The notes: generated by a model from the sequence alone, not told the origin. Counted from the stretch's first letter, positions 29,553-40,723 are shown. The stretch is 64,000 nt of DNA from Bdellovibrionales bacterium (GCA_965205945.1 CBDBIB010000002.1:192001-256000), one strand, 5' to 3'. Program-made: numbers and translations.

Positions 29553-30510
29553 ATGTCCTTAGAAATTCAAGGCGAAATTAGAAAAGTTCCTGAATTAAAT
29601 CTTTACGACTATTTAGAGGATGATATTGCAAAAAAACAAAAGTTTATTGATGTTCTTTTTTATGGACTTAAAGAATATGGATTTATTGTTTTAACGGGGC
29701 ACCATATTTCAGAAGGTCTTTTAAACAAGGCCTACTCTCTTTTAGAATCTTTATTTAACTTACCTGAAGATGTGAAAAGAAAAAACTCTATGCCTGAAAA
29801 AGGTTTTCAAAGAGGTTATACCCCATTTGGAACTGAACATGCAAAAAACTCTAAAGTGGCTGATTTAAAAGAATTTTGGCATATAGGTAGGGAAGGTTAT
29901 GAGGGGCTTGATAATTATTGGCTTGAAAATGTAGCTGCGGAATCTTTAAAAAATTTTAAAACTGAATTTATTAAATTATTCAACATGTTAGATAAAATAG
30001 GTAATATTTTACTAGAGGCTTTAACAGTCCCATTAAAGCTTCCTAAAGACTATTTTATGAAGAGAGTGTCTAAAGGAAATTCAATTCTAAGGCTCCTACA
30101 TTATCCACCAGTACAAGAAGGGACTCAATCTAGTGCTGTAAGAGCAGCGCCTCATGAGGACATTAACCTTATTACAATTTTAGTTGCTGCTACTAAATCT
30201 GGACTTCAATTAAAAGATAGAGATGGAAAGTGGCTTAACGTAAACCCTCCTAAGAACTCATTGATTATTGATTCTGGTGATATGCTTTCTAGAATAACTA
30301 ATGAGGTCATCCCTTCAACTACTCATCAGGTAATTAATTCTAATAACTCTAATGAGAGTAGGTATTCAATGCCTTTTTTCATTCATCCAAATTCTGATAC
30401 TATATTAGAATGCATTCCATCATGTGTGGGAGAAGGGGAGAAATATCCTAGATATCTTAGCTGATAAGTTTCTTAAACAAAGACTTAGAGAAATTGGTTT
30501 AGATGTGTAA
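29553..30510 (+). CDS. 2OG-Fe(II) oxygenase (isopenicillin N synthase family) with a frameshift near the C-terminus
   Basis: QRGYTPFG.E, LRLLHYPP, HEDINL, STTHQV, RYSMPFF. The tail DILADKFLKQRLREIGLDV* lies in the +1 frame after position 30450. Confidence 0.88.
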
Positions 30511-30556
30511 AGCTTATGAATTTGAATTTAAGCAATAACTAAAGTAATTTAAAATA

Positions 30557-30788
30557 GAGTTGTTGCACGTAAAGCCACTGGTTCTTTGTGATTTAAATTT
30601 TAAAGAGCAGAGGGAGGGGCTTATTCCTCATTTTAGTGATTCTAAATTTCTTTTTCTTTTAAGAGTTTAAACGCTGAAACTAAAAAGAAAGCTTAAAGCA
30701 AAAGGTATAGAAGAAGAGTTGAGGCTTTAGGCTGTATGAGAGGTTTAAGTACATTGTTAAGTAGTTACACAATTTAATTTACAGACTC
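30557..30788. mobile_element. IS end remnants: IS5-like end (30557-30614) and IS256 left end (30748-30788, minus strand)
   Basis: The reverse complement of 30748-30788 matches 15719-15759 at 38/41 nt. 30557-30614 resembles 58180-58237. Confidence 0.75.
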
Positions 30789-30806
30789 AATTCATCCACT
30801 AAACGC

Positions 30807-31001
30807 CTAATTTTTCATCATTACCTTGAGTTTTTCACACTTTTTTTTCTTACCGCAGAACTGGCAGTCTTCGCCTTTACCCATTATTTTACTCAAGCCA
30901 CCGCAAGAACCTTTTAAAGGAGCTCTGCCCATGAGCACGCCTATAGCCATAGCTATTAAAAAAAAGGAAGTAATTACCGTTGTAATGAGAAAGTAAAACA
31001 T
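30807..31001 (-). CDS. nqrM: NqrM / DUF539 family small membrane protein
   Basis: TM helix followed by MAIGV..GR.PLKGSCGGL...C..C...C. Confidence 0.8.
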   Translation of the reverse strand: MFYFLITTVITSFFLIAMAIGVLMGRAPLKGSCGGLSKIMGKGEDCQFCGKKKKCEKLKVMMKN

Positions 31002-31192
31002 AAATATGTCATCTACTCATGACTATGATTCGTCAAGAGTTTAGCTCTGTATTATAGGAATATTAGCAAAATCCTTATAATTTAAAGAGTGAAATCAATT
31101 AGATTTATTGCACATATAATAACATTGCTTGATAAGTTCTTCTTGTTTATCTTGTGCATAAATTGGATTGGTTTTTACTGCAGGAGGAGATA

Positions 31193-32314
31193 ATGTCATT
31201 TGAATTAATTGAAAAACATGGTGAACATGAGGAAGTGATTTTTTGTCACAATAAGAGTGTGGGGTTAAAGGCAATCATTGCTATTCATAACACAGCTTTA
31301 GGTCCAGCTCTTGGTGGAACAAGAATGTGGAATTATAGAACTGAAGAAGAGGCCTTAGTAGATGTGTTAAGGCTTTCAAAAGGAATGACCTATAAAGCAT
31401 CTGCTGCAGGTTTAAACCTTGGTGGTGGCAAGGCTGTTATTATTGCTAATCCTAAAACAGATAAATCAGAGGGATTATTTAGAGCTTTTGGTACATTTGT
31501 AAATTCTCTTGGTGGAAAGTATATTACAGCTGAAGATGTGGGAACTACTGTTAAAGACATGGAGCATATTTTTGCCGAAACTCCATTTGTAACAGGTATA
31601 CCTGAGGCACTTGGTGGGTCAGGAGATCCTAGCCCGTATACAGCATATAGTGTTTTAATGAGTATTAAAGCGTCTGTTAAAAAAAAGCTTGGCAAAGACT
31701 CGCTAAAAGGTGTTCACATTGCGGTTCAAGGTTTAGGAAATGTTGGCAAGAATTTAGTGAAGTACTTATATGATGAGGGAGCTGAATTAACAGTTGCAGA
31801 TATTGATGATGAAAAAGTAGAGTATATTTGTAAGGCCTATGGTGCAGAAAATATAGATCCTACAGGAATTATTACAAGTAAGTGTGATGTCTTTGCTCCG
31901 TGTGCTTTAGGTTCTGTTATAAATGATGGTACAATTTCTAAGCTTCAAGCTAGAATTATTGCAGGAGGTGCAAATAATATACTTGCAGAATCTAGACATG
32001 GTGAAATGCTTAGGAAGCAAAATATTTTATATGCTCCAGATTTTGTAGCAAATTCAGGTGGATTGATGAATGTATTTGTTGAGCTTGAAGGTTATAGCAA
32101 AGAACGGGCTATGGACAAGGTTGAGGCCGTATATGATAATATGATGGAAGTATTTAGGGTTGCAGAAAAAAAGAGTGTGCCAACTTATAAAGCTGCTCAG
32201 ATAATGGCGCAAAAAAGAATTGATATTATTGGAAAGCTTAGGCAGCATCATCAAGGGCGTAATTCTAGACCATTCTCAACTTTAAAACAAGTATTAGAAA
32301 GGCAACAAGGATGA
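31193..32314 (+). CDS. Leu/Phe/Val dehydrogenase
   Basis: RBS AGGAGG before ATG 31193. GPALGGTRM, LRLSKGMTYK, GGGKAVI, YITAEDVG, QGLGNVG, GGANN. Confidence 0.93.
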   Translation: MSFELIEKHGEHEEVIFCHNKSVGLKAIIAIHNTALGPALGGTRMWNYRTEEEALVDVLRLSKGMTYKASAAGLNLGGGKAVIIANPKTDKSEGLFRAFGTFVNSLGGKYITAEDVGTTVKDMEHIFAETPFVTGIPEALGGSGDPSPYTAYSVLMSIKASVKKKLGKDSLKGVHIAVQGLGNVGKNLVKYLYDEGAELTVADIDDEKVEYICKAYGAENIDPTGIITSKCDVFAPCALGSVINDGTISKLQARIIAGGANNILAESRHGEMLRKQNILYAPDFVANSGGLMNVFVELEGYSKERAMDKVEAVYDNMMEVFRVAEKKSVPTYKAAQIMAQKRIDIIGKLRQHHQGRNSRPFSTLKQVLERQQG

Positions 32315-32327
32315 GGAGAAATGTTAG

Positions 32328-33092
32328 GTGAATAATAATAGTTTAAAGAAAGATCGTGCTGAACCTAAAAAAGATATAGTAGATTATTTAGATAGCTTTT
32401 CTATGTGGATAGAAAAGTATGCAAAAAATATTGTGATCTTTTTTTTAGGGTTTACTTTTGTAATAGTATCTTTTTGGGGTGTTTCTGCAATGAAATCTAG
32501 AGCTTTAAATAAAGCAGCACATGAAGTTGGTATTGTAAATAGAAGAATTGACCTATTAGAAAAAGCTATATCTCAAGTTAAAGATAACGAGTCTAAGGAA
32601 TTTAAGAAGAATAAAGAAGCAGAGATTATAAAAATTCATGATGAGGTGTTGTCTCTTTTATCAAAGCACTTTGATAAATCAGTTTCTGATTTTACAGCCG
32701 TTCGATGGGCTTCTTATTTATTGTCTGAAGAAAAAATAGATCAAGCTTTAAAGGTTTTAAATAAATTAAATCCACAAGGAGAACGAGAACTTTCTGCTAC
32801 AGGTTTATTTTTAAAAGCTTCAATTATTTCTAAGCAAGGAAATATAGAAGAAGCAATTATAGATTATGATAGAATTTTAAATGAATCTAAATGGGAAGTT
32901 TTTCATGCAGAAGCTCTTATTCAAAAAGGAAGCCTTTTACAGTCTAAAGGACAAGTGGATGAAGCTATTACTTTGTTTAATCAAGCAAAAAATTTAAAAA
33001 AAGATTCAGAGTTTTCAAAGGATGCAACTAAGTATCAAAGATTACTAGAGTTGAAAAAAAAACATCCTAAGGTTTTTAAAATAGAGGGTTAA
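32328..33092 (+). CDS. YfgM-like TM + TPR protein
   Basis: N-terminal TM helix, TPR-like helices, directly upstream of a BamB-like gene. Confidence 0.65.
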   Translation: MNNNSLKKDRAEPKKDIVDYLDSFSMWIEKYAKNIVIFFLGFTFVIVSFWGVSAMKSRALNKAAHEVGIVNRRIDLLEKAISQVKDNESKEFKKNKEAEIIKIHDEVLSLLSKHFDKSVSDFTAVRWASYLLSEEKIDQALKVLNKLNPQGERELSATGLFLKASIISKQGNIEEAIIDYDRILNESKWEVFHAEALIQKGSLLQSKGQVDEAITLFNQAKNLKKDSEFSKDATKYQRLLELKKKHPKVFKIEG

Positions 33093-33094
33093 TT

Positions 33095-34216
33095 TTGAAG
33101 TTTTCTTATCAAACACTAATTTTAATTTTGTTAAGTTTTAATGCATACTCAAGTTTAAAGGACAAAAGTTTTTTAAAGAAGGACGAGTATCAGATAAAAA
33201 GAACTTGGGTAAGAAGGCTTGCTCCTAAAGATAGTATTAAAACTAATGAAATTTCTCAAGAATTTAATCCTTTGGTTAAAGATAATGGGAATATAATTCA
33301 AGCAACTTTTTTTGGTGGTATTTTTGAATTAAATAAATACGGTCAAAAAAAGTGGTCGTACTTTCCTAAATATCCTGTTTCAGGTGCAGGTTCTTTGTAT
33401 AAAAATTTTATTTTTTTTGGAACCCAAGATAAGTATGTACATATATATGATATGAATAATAAATCAATATTGTGGTCTACATTAATTGATGGAGCTGTTT
33501 CAGCTATATCAGATTTTAAAGATGGAAGGGTTTTTGTACTTACTGATATAGGCAGCCTTTACTCTCTTAAAGTTATTCAAAAAGTTATAGACTGGAAGGT
33601 GACACGTTCACCTAGAAAAGTTTTAAAGATTTTTGGTGGCGCAAAACCGCTCTTATATAAAGATCAAGTTCTTGTAGCTTTTCCAAGTGGTGTTGTTGCT
33701 AGTTTAAACCAGTCTACAGGAGCTTTTACTTGGGAATCTCAGCTTAAAGGGGCTCAAAAGTATGAAGATATAGATTTTCTTCTTTTATCAGAAAAAAGGG
33801 TTTTAATTGCTGGAGCCTTTGATGAAGCGTTGTATAGACTTGATTTAAAAAATGGTAAAATATTGTGGCAAGCCTATGAAAAACCTGTAAGCCCTTTTGC
33901 AGACTTTAAAGGAAATATTTATTTTTCTAATGCAAATGGAGAGCTTGTTTCTCTTGGCTTAAGTTCTGGAAATTTGGTTTTTAGAAAAAAAATATTTCAA
34001 GGCCTTGGTGGAAAACCAGTATTTTTAGACAATAAGATTATTGTTTCAGATTCTAAAGGCCCAATAAGATATATGCACAAAGATACTGGAGCAGTATTAG
34101 CAAGTTACGAGTTGATCTCATCAGTATCCTCTGACATTATTTTAAATAAAACAAAAAATAAATTTTATGTTTTAAGTGATAAAGGATACCTTTATTACTT
34201 TGGTATTAAGAAATGA
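33095..34216 (+). CDS. PQQ-like beta-propeller protein (BamB-like)
   Basis: Signal peptide, repeated G...W blade motifs, synteny with yfgM. Confidence 0.75.
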   Translation: MKFSYQTLILILLSFNAYSSLKDKSFLKKDEYQIKRTWVRRLAPKDSIKTNEISQEFNPLVKDNGNIIQATFFGGIFELNKYGQKKWSYFPKYPVSGAGSLYKNFIFFGTQDKYVHIYDMNNKSILWSTLIDGAVSAISDFKDGRVFVLTDIGSLYSLKVIQKVIDWKVTRSPRKVLKIFGGAKPLLYKDQVLVAFPSGVVASLNQSTGAFTWESQLKGAQKYEDIDFLLLSEKRVLIAGAFDEALYRLDLKNGKILWQAYEKPVSPFADFKGNIYFSNANGELVSLGLSSGNLVFRKKIFQGLGGKPVFLDNKIIVSDSKGPIRYMHKDTGAVLASYELISSVSSDIILNKTKNKFYVLSDKGYLYYFGIKK

Positions 34217-34241
34217 GTTTTAATAGAGTGAAAGGGTTTTT

Positions 34242-34586
34242 ATGAAAAATTATAATGTGTTAGCTTTACTTTTTTTCCTATTTGGATGTGCATCAGGCCA
34301 TTGTGGTCGTGATGGAGAGGTTGTAAAAATGAGTTCTCTAAAAGAAAAGATTTTTGTTTATAAGTATGATAGTTCAAAACAGTGTGAAGAAAAAAAAGGT
34401 GTTGATTTAAACGATATGGCTAAAGAACTTTCGGATATAAAAATTTTTTCAATGACTAAAAAAAATGATAATCAGATTCGAGTTCAGGTTTGTGGAGCTT
34501 TAACAGGCCATGCAAATGTTTATGAGATAAAGGCTAAAGACCTAATTAAGGCAAAAGCTTTGGGGTTTAAAAAGTGGACTTTTTAA
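34242..34586 (+). CDS. hypothetical lipoprotein
   Basis: Lipobox LFGC, paired Cys in KQC and VCG..TG. Confidence 0.7.
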   Translation: MKNYNVLALLFFLFGCASGHCGRDGEVVKMSSLKEKIFVYKYDSSKQCEEKKGVDLNDMAKELSDIKIFSMTKKNDNQIRVQVCGALTGHANVYEIKAKDLIKAKALGFKKWTF

Positions 34587-34652
34587 ACTATTGTATAAAA
34601 CTTTAATTAAAGATGTTTTAAATTTAGAGAAAAAAGGAGCTCGTATTTATTT

Positions 34653-35108
34653 ATGTCTAAAGATTGGAAAGCTTTTAAAAAACCGAATAAAGAAGAGTTA
34701 AAAAATAGTTTATCTAGTATTGAGTATGAAGTTACTCAAAAAGATGGAACTGAAAAACCTTTTAAAAATAAGTATAATGAGAATAAGGATGACGGTATTT
34801 ATGTAGATGTTGTTTCTGGTGAACCTCTTTTTAGTTCTAAGGAAAAATACAACAGTGGTACAGGGTGGCCTTCTTTTTATAATGTAATTAAGGGTATGAG
34901 TGTTAAAGAAGTTAAAGACAGGAAGTTTTTTAGAGTTCGAACTGAAGTACGTTCTAAAATAGCGGATTCTCACTTAGGGCATGTTTTTAATGATGGTCCT
35001 AAACCAACAGGAAAACGGTATTGTATGAATTCAGCAGCGTTAAGGTTTATCCCAAAAGCTAACCTAGAGTCTGAAGGCTATGCAGAGTTTTTAATTCTAT
35101 TTAAATAG
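34653..35108 (+). CDS. msrB: peptide methionine-R-sulfoxide reductase
   Basis: GTE.PF, SGTGWPSF, HLGHVF.DGP, RYCMNSAAL. Confidence 0.96.
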   Translation: MSKDWKAFKKPNKEELKNSLSSIEYEVTQKDGTEKPFKNKYNENKDDGIYVDVVSGEPLFSSKEKYNSGTGWPSFYNVIKGMSVKEVKDRKFFRVRTEVRSKIADSHLGHVFNDGPKPTGKRYCMNSAALRFIPKANLESEGYAEFLILFK

Positions 35109-35130
35109 GAAGGTTATTATAAATATATAT

Positions 35131-36675
35131 TTAAGGATTAGATTTTTCCATATATATAGATTGTGATGGAAAAGCAAAATCAACATTTAAAGTTTCAGCT
35201 AAGTGCTTTATCTGTAATAAAATTTGTTCTTTTGCTTGTAATTCATCTTTATAATCTGAAACTTTTAAGAAAAAATATAAAAGAATTTCTAAAGAGCTGT
35301 CTCCAAATTTTTTAAAAGAAATGTAATACTTATCTTTTCTTGTTAAAGGAGAGCTGTCGATAATAGCTCTAAGTCCTTTTGTGAATTCTTTAAGTTGTTC
35401 TTCAGAAGTAGAATAAGTAAGGCCAAGGGTTTCTACTGTTCGTCTGTATTGGCGCCTTCCAAGGTTATCAATATCATTATTAGCAACTTTTGAATTTGGA
35501 ATAACAATTTGTGAATCATAAAATGTTCTAACTCTTGTTGACCTAAAACCAATTTCCTCAACAGTCCCTTCAAGGTCATTTATTTTAATCCAATCGCCAA
35601 CTTTAAAAGGTTGATCAAATAAAATCATTAAAGAGCCAAAGAAATTTGCAGCAGTATCTTTTGCTGCTAAAGCTATAGCTAGACCTCCAACACCAAGACC
35701 AGCCAGGAGAGAAAAAACATTCACTCCTAGTCCCTCTATAATTGTGAGTGCAGCAAGTACAATGATGATAATCTTTGATGTTTTACTAATTAGAGGAACA
35801 AGGCTATCATCTAGATCAGATTCAGTTTTTGCTGTGATTTTTTTTAAAGCTTCTTCAACGGGTGTGATTAGGCAGTATAAAAGCCAGAAACAGCCAATTG
35901 AGACAAGAACTTTAGTTAAAGAGATCCAAATAAATTTAGCGTTGCCATTAAGAGCTATTTGAACTCCAACAGCTTTTAAGAAGAATGCAGAAATAAAAAT
36001 TGATATAGGTTGTATAAGTGCTGTTGTTACTTTAAAACGAAGGGTTTTTTTTCGAAAAAAGAAAATCTTTAATATGTTAAGGAGCCAAATTGAAATATAG
36101 TAAAGTGCAAATGCTGAAATAATTGCTAAAAAAATCATAATCCATTGAATTTGTGTAACTTCAAAAATTTTTATAAGATTTCCTTTTGGCAGATTTAACT
36201 CAAGCCAAGTTAATTTATGACTCGCCCCAGGAAAAGGTATATTTTTTAAGTAAGGCTTTAAAGATAATGAGTTATAGTCTATTTGTGCACGCTCTAAAGA
36301 GTAATTTGATATATAATACCAGTTGTTAATTTTTACGAAAAAAATATTTGTTCCTTTTAATCGGTTATTCTCAAATATAGGGTTAGAAAACTGGTTTGTG
36401 CGATCAATAATTTCTTTTAAAAGTATGGCTTTATCTTCTAAATAAGAAATTGTGTAATTAGTGGATTTATTTAAAGAAGGCTGAAGCACTTCTAGAGCGT
36501 CTTTTATACGTAGCTTTAAGTCCTTATTGTCAATTTTTATTCCTTTTGAATAGTCAGACATGGCATTGTAAAAGGTATTAAAGCTAGCTTTAGGAGAGGA
36601 GAAATCTACTTTATTAAAGGATTTTGATTGTAAGGGAAGTATTAAGAATATAGTTAAAAAGTATAATTTTTTCAT
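35131..36675 (-). CDS. MscS-family mechanosensitive channel with N-terminal periplasmic domain
   Basis: LLAGLGVGGLAIALAAKD, PFKVGDWI, GTVEEIGFRSTR, FAFPSQ. Confidence 0.93.
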   Translation of the reverse strand: MKKLYFLTIFLILPLQSKSFNKVDFSSPKASFNTFYNAMSDYSKGIKIDNKDLKLRIKDALEVLQPSLNKSTNYTISYLEDKAILLKEIIDRTNQFSNPIFENNRLKGTNIFFVKINNWYYISNYSLERAQIDYNSLSLKPYLKNIPFPGASHKLTWLELNLPKGNLIKIFEVTQIQWIMIFLAIISAFALYYISIWLLNILKIFFFRKKTLRFKVTTALIQPISIFISAFFLKAVGVQIALNGNAKFIWISLTKVLVSIGCFWLLYCLITPVEEALKKITAKTESDLDDSLVPLISKTSKIIIIVLAALTIIEGLGVNVFSLLAGLGVGGLAIALAAKDTAANFFGSLMILFDQPFKVGDWIKINDLEGTVEEIGFRSTRVRTFYDSQIVIPNSKVANNDIDNLGRRQYRRTVETLGLTYSTSEEQLKEFTKGLRAIIDSSPLTRKDKYYISFKKFGDSSLEILLYFFLKVSDYKDELQAKEQILLQIKHLAETLNVDFAFPSQSIYMEKSNP

Positions 36676-36928
36676 GTATAAAGTTTATTAAGGTTTTTAC
36701 TAGCGATCAAATGATTTTATTAAAACCATTAATATAATAAGAATATGAGGATTGCTTGCAATTGTAGATATGGATATACAATAATCAAATGTTTTTATTA
36801 ATTTAGATTTAAGAGTGTAATAGCTTAAAAAAACTTTAAAAGTGATTTTTTTACTATCTTTTAGGCTGCAATTCACATTTTTAGTTTCTAAAATTTAAGA
36901 TTTTTACTCATTAAAAGATAAATTAGAA

Positions 36929-37876
36929 TTATATGTTTAGATTGTTTATTTCTTTTTTTATATTATAAACTTGAGATTTTAAAAGGTTAACAATTTTTTT
37001 TTGAGAGCTTCTTTTTGATTGAAGGCTTGTAATTTTAAAATCAATAAGAGCTCGTTTGTGAACAACAGTAGGGTCGGTAGAGTGTTTAGCAAGTCTACTT
37101 AAAGCAAATTGTGCATCTTGAAGGTCATTTCTAATATGTTCATAATTTTTATTTTCAAATGTGAGAGTAGTTTCCTTATCTTTTAAAATTTTTTTCAAAA
37201 ATGTTTTACGGCCTTTATTAAAGTTTGTTTTAAAGGTAAGTCCAGAGGATAAACATCTTTTAGGAAAATCACTGCCTTTTTCACCGATTTTAATCCCATT
37301 TTCAGGAGAGCAGAAGTATTTTTGACCTTTTGTATAGCCAGAGCTATAGCTTAAATAGCTTATACATCGTTCATCTTGATTATTATTAGTAAAACCATGT
37401 TCATAGCCTTTATCTTTTGAGCAGTACTCTTTTTTACCTTTGATGTAACCTGTCATGTATGCAGAAAAAGAGGTACAAAGAATATGTTTAGATTTTAGAG
37501 CAAAACCATCTTTGACTCCATTTTTTGTTGAGCAAAAAGATTTTAAGCCTTTTTTGTAAGCCTTAGTGTAGTTTACAACAGTTTTACAATTGTTAATGAT
37601 TTTTTCTCCCTTAGTTCCACCATTTAAGCCTTTAGTTTTAGAACAAAAGATTAAAAGGCCTTTTTTATAGCTAGAGGTGTAATCAGATGTAGGAATTTGA
37701 ATTTTTTGCTTAATGCAGGCTTCATTGTAGTAGTTAGCAAAGCTACGTTTTCCCAAGCTTCCTTCTTGGTAGCCAAGGTTTGAAAAGTTGGTTTGAGTAC
37801 ATGTTTTTTTGTTCCAACGACCTACACAGCCTGATAACATGTTTAGACCTATTAGGGTTAAAAGTATAAGCTTCAT
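36929..37876 (-). CDS. lipoprotein with tandem Cys/Gly/Tyr repeats (DUF2799-like)
   Basis: Lipobox LSGC, about five units of G...G..G.....C......Y..GY.KG...(F/Y)C, C-terminal coiled coil. Confidence 0.7.
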   Translation of the reverse strand: MKLILLTLIGLNMLSGCVGRWNKKTCTQTNFSNLGYQEGSLGKRSFANYYNEACIKQKIQIPTSDYTSSYKKGLLIFCSKTKGLNGGTKGEKIINNCKTVVNYTKAYKKGLKSFCSTKNGVKDGFALKSKHILCTSFSAYMTGYIKGKKEYCSKDKGYEHGFTNNNQDERCISYLSYSSGYTKGQKYFCSPENGIKIGEKGSDFPKRCLSSGLTFKTNFNKGRKTFLKKILKDKETTLTFENKNYEHIRNDLQDAQFALSRLAKHSTDPTVVHKRALIDFKITSLQSKRSSQKKIVNLLKSQVYNIKKEINNLNI

Positions 37877-38054
37877 TTTCGTATTCTAATCCTCTTAATA
37901 TATTTTTTTTTGTAAATAAATATATGTATTTATATAAATATTTTATCTCAGATAAAAGCTTCTTGATCTAGGAAAATAGAGGCTAAATATTGACATTAAG
38001 CAGCTTTTAGTTGAATGTTTTTCTTTAACACTAAGAATTTGGGGATTATATAAA

Positions 38055-38360
38055 GTGGCAAAGATTTCAATGATTAAGAAAAATGAGCAAAAATTAATAG
38101 TTGTTAAGCGGTATGATGAGAAAAGAGCCGTATTAAGGGCTGTTATGCAGGATCCGAAGGCATCGTTTCAGGAGAAAATGGAGGCTCAAAGAGCTTTTGC
38201 AAGGCTTCCAAGAAGATCTATGAAGAGTCGAGTGACTAATAGATGTGCTGTTACAGGTCGTCCAAGAGGGTTTTTAAGAAAATTTGGTCTTTCAAGAATT
38301 GCATTTAGAGAAATGGCTAGTAAGGGTCTTCTTCCAGGAGTGATAAAATCTAGCTGGTGA
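38055..38360 (+). CDS. rpsN: 30S ribosomal protein S14 (101-aa, Zn-independent type)
   Basis: [40 protein letters not shown]. Confidence 0.97.
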   Translation: MAKISMIKKNEQKLIVVKRYDEKRAVLRAVMQDPKASFQEKMEAQRAFARLPRRSMKSRVTNRCAVTGRPRGFLRKFGLSRIAFREMASKGLLPGVIKSSW

Positions 38361-38503
38361 TGTTTTTTTAAGTATTTTAAATAGATTTTTAAAGCTCTTA
38401 AGCATAGATATTTTTTTTATGTGTGTATTAGTAATTTCTTCATCTTAAATCTAGGTTAGTGTATCTTAGTTTTTGATTGTGATTCCAATGCTAAAGGGGA
38501 GCC

Positions 38504-40723
38504 ATGAAGAATAAAATTATATATACTAAAACAGATGAGGCGCCAGCACTGGCAACACAATCTTTTTTACCAATTGTTAAAACCTTTACAGCTACAGCAG
38601 GTATTCAAATTCAGACTCGTGATATTTCTTTAGCAGGAAGAATAATTGCAAATTTCCCTGAGAATTTAAAAGAAGAGCAAAAAATAAAAGATGCATTGGC
38701 TGAGCTTGGTGAATTAGTAAAAAATCCAGAAGCTAATATTATTAAACTTCCTAATATTAGTGCTTCAGTTCCACAGCTTAAAGCCGCCATTAAAGAACTT
38801 CAAGACAAAGGCTATGACATTCCAAATTTTCCAGAAGAGCCAAAGACTGATGAAGAACAGGAGTTAAGAGAACGATTTTTAAAAATTTTAGGAAGTGCTG
38901 TAAATCCTATTTTAAGGCAAGGAAATTCTGATAGAAGAGTTGCAGCTCCCGTAAAACAGTATGCAAAAGATAATCCTCACTTAATGGGGGAGTGGGTAAA
39001 GGATTCAAAATCCCATGTGTCTTATATGAAAAGTGGTGATTTTTATGGATCTGAAAAATCTGTATCTGTGGATCAAGCAGTAGATGTTAGAATTGAGCAC
39101 ATTGATTCAGTTGGTTTAGTTACTGTTTTAAAGGAGAAAATACCGCTTTTAAAAAATGAAATTATTGATTCATCAGTTTTATCTTGTAAGGAGCTTAAAA
39201 AGTTTTTTCTAAAAGAAATTAAGAGCGCGAAGGAGGAAAATGTTCTTTTGTCTCTTCATATGAAAACTACAATGATGAAAGTGTCTGATCCTATTATTTT
39301 TGGACATGCGATTAAAATTTTTTTTAAGGATGTTTTTTCAAAATTTGAAAGTATTTTTGAAGAAATTGGTATAGACGCAAAAAATGGCTTAGGAGATCTT
39401 TTTAATAAGATTCAAAAACTTTCTAAAATACAGCAAAATAAAATTAAAAATGAAATTAAAATTGCTTATAAGAATGGACCAAAGCTTGCCATGGTTGACT
39501 CAGATAAAGGAATTACAAACCTACATGTTCCAAGTGATGTGATTATTGATGCCTCCATGCCAGCAGCCATTAAAACTTCAGGCAAAATGTGGGGGCCTGA
39601 TGGAACACTTTTAGATACAAAATATATGATACCAGACCGTTGTTATGCTAAGATTTATGAGGAGATAATTTCTTTTTGTAAAGAAAACGGAGCTTTTGAT
39701 ATTACAAAAATGGGCAGTGTTTCAAATATAGGTTTAATGGCACAAAAAGCTGAGGAATATGGTTCACACGATAAGACGTTTGAAATATCTAAATTAGGAT
39801 TAGTGAGAGTTGTAGATGCCTTAGGTATTGTATTAATGGAACATAAAGTTGAAGCTGGTGATATTTTTAGAATGTGTCAAACAAAAAAAGAGCCTATTAA
39901 AGACTGGGTTAGACTTAGTGTCGTTCGTGCTAGAGCAACAGGTATTCCTACAGTTTTTTGGCTTGATGAAAATCGAGCTCACGATATTAATTTGATTAAA
40001 AGAGTTAAAGAACATTTAAAAGAGCAGAATACTCAAGGGCTAGAAATTCAAATTTTATCACCAGTTAAAGCAATAAATTATACTTTAAAGAAAGTTAAAG
40101 AAGGTAGAGATGTGATCTCTGTAACAGGAAATGTATTAAGAGATTACCTTACAGACCTTTTTCCCATTTTAGAACTTGGAACAAGTTCTAAAATGTTGTC
40201 TATTGTGCCTTTATTAGCTGGTGGGAGTCTTTTTGAAACAGGTGCAGGTGGATCAGCTCCAAAACATGTTCAACAGTTTGTTAAGGAAAATCATTTGCGC
40301 TGGGACTCTTTAGGAGAGTTTTTAGCTCTAAGTGTTTCAATTCAAACTTTAGCTAAAAAAAACAACAATGAAAAAGCTCTGATTTTAGCAAAAGCCTTAG
40401 ATGATGCAAATGGGAAGTTTTTAAGAACCAACAAATCACCATCAAGAAAGGTTAGAGAACTTGATAATAGGGGAAGTCATTTTTATCTGGCAATGTATTG
40501 GGCTGAGGCTCTAGCAGCTCAAAGTATTGATGATGAATTAAAAATTAAATTTTCTCAAATTTTTAAAATACTTAAAAAAGCTGAAAATACTATTATAAAT
40601 GAGTTAAATTTAATTCAAGGAAAAACTGTTGATATAGGGGGGTACTTTCTTCCAAATGATGAATTGGTATTAAAAGCAATGAGACCAAGTAAAACATTTA
40701 ATACTATTTTAAAAAGTATATAA
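38504..40723 (+). CDS. icd: monomeric NADP-dependent isocitrate dehydrogenase
   Basis: [54 protein letters not shown]. Confidence 0.98.
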   Translation: MKNKIIYTKTDEAPALATQSFLPIVKTFTATAGIQIQTRDISLAGRIIANFPENLKEEQKIKDALAELGELVKNPEANIIKLPNISASVPQLKAAIKELQDKGYDIPNFPEEPKTDEEQELRERFLKILGSAVNPILRQGNSDRRVAAPVKQYAKDNPHLMGEWVKDSKSHVSYMKSGDFYGSEKSVSVDQAVDVRIEHIDSVGLVTVLKEKIPLLKNEIIDSSVLSCKELKKFFLKEIKSAKEENVLLSLHMKTTMMKVSDPIIFGHAIKIFFKDVFSKFESIFEEIGIDAKNGLGDLFNKIQKLSKIQQNKIKNEIKIAYKNGPKLAMVDSDKGITNLHVPSDVIIDASMPAAIKTSGKMWGPDGTLLDTKYMIPDRCYAKIYEEIISFCKENGAFDITKMGSVSNIGLMAQKAEEYGSHDKTFEISKLGLVRVVDALGIVLMEHKVEAGDIFRMCQTKKEPIKDWVRLSVVRARATGIPTVFWLDENRAHDINLIKRVKEHLKEQNTQGLEIQILSPVKAINYTLKKVKEGRDVISVTGNVLRDYLTDLFPILELGTSSKMLSIVPLLAGGSLFETGAGGSAPKHVQQFVKENHLRWDSLGEFLALSVSIQTLAKKNNNEKALILAKALDDANGKFLRTNKSPSRKVRELDNRGSHFYLAMYWAEALAAQSIDDELKIKFSQIFKILKKAENTIINELNLIQGKTVDIGGYFLPNDELVLKAMRPSKTFNTILKSI

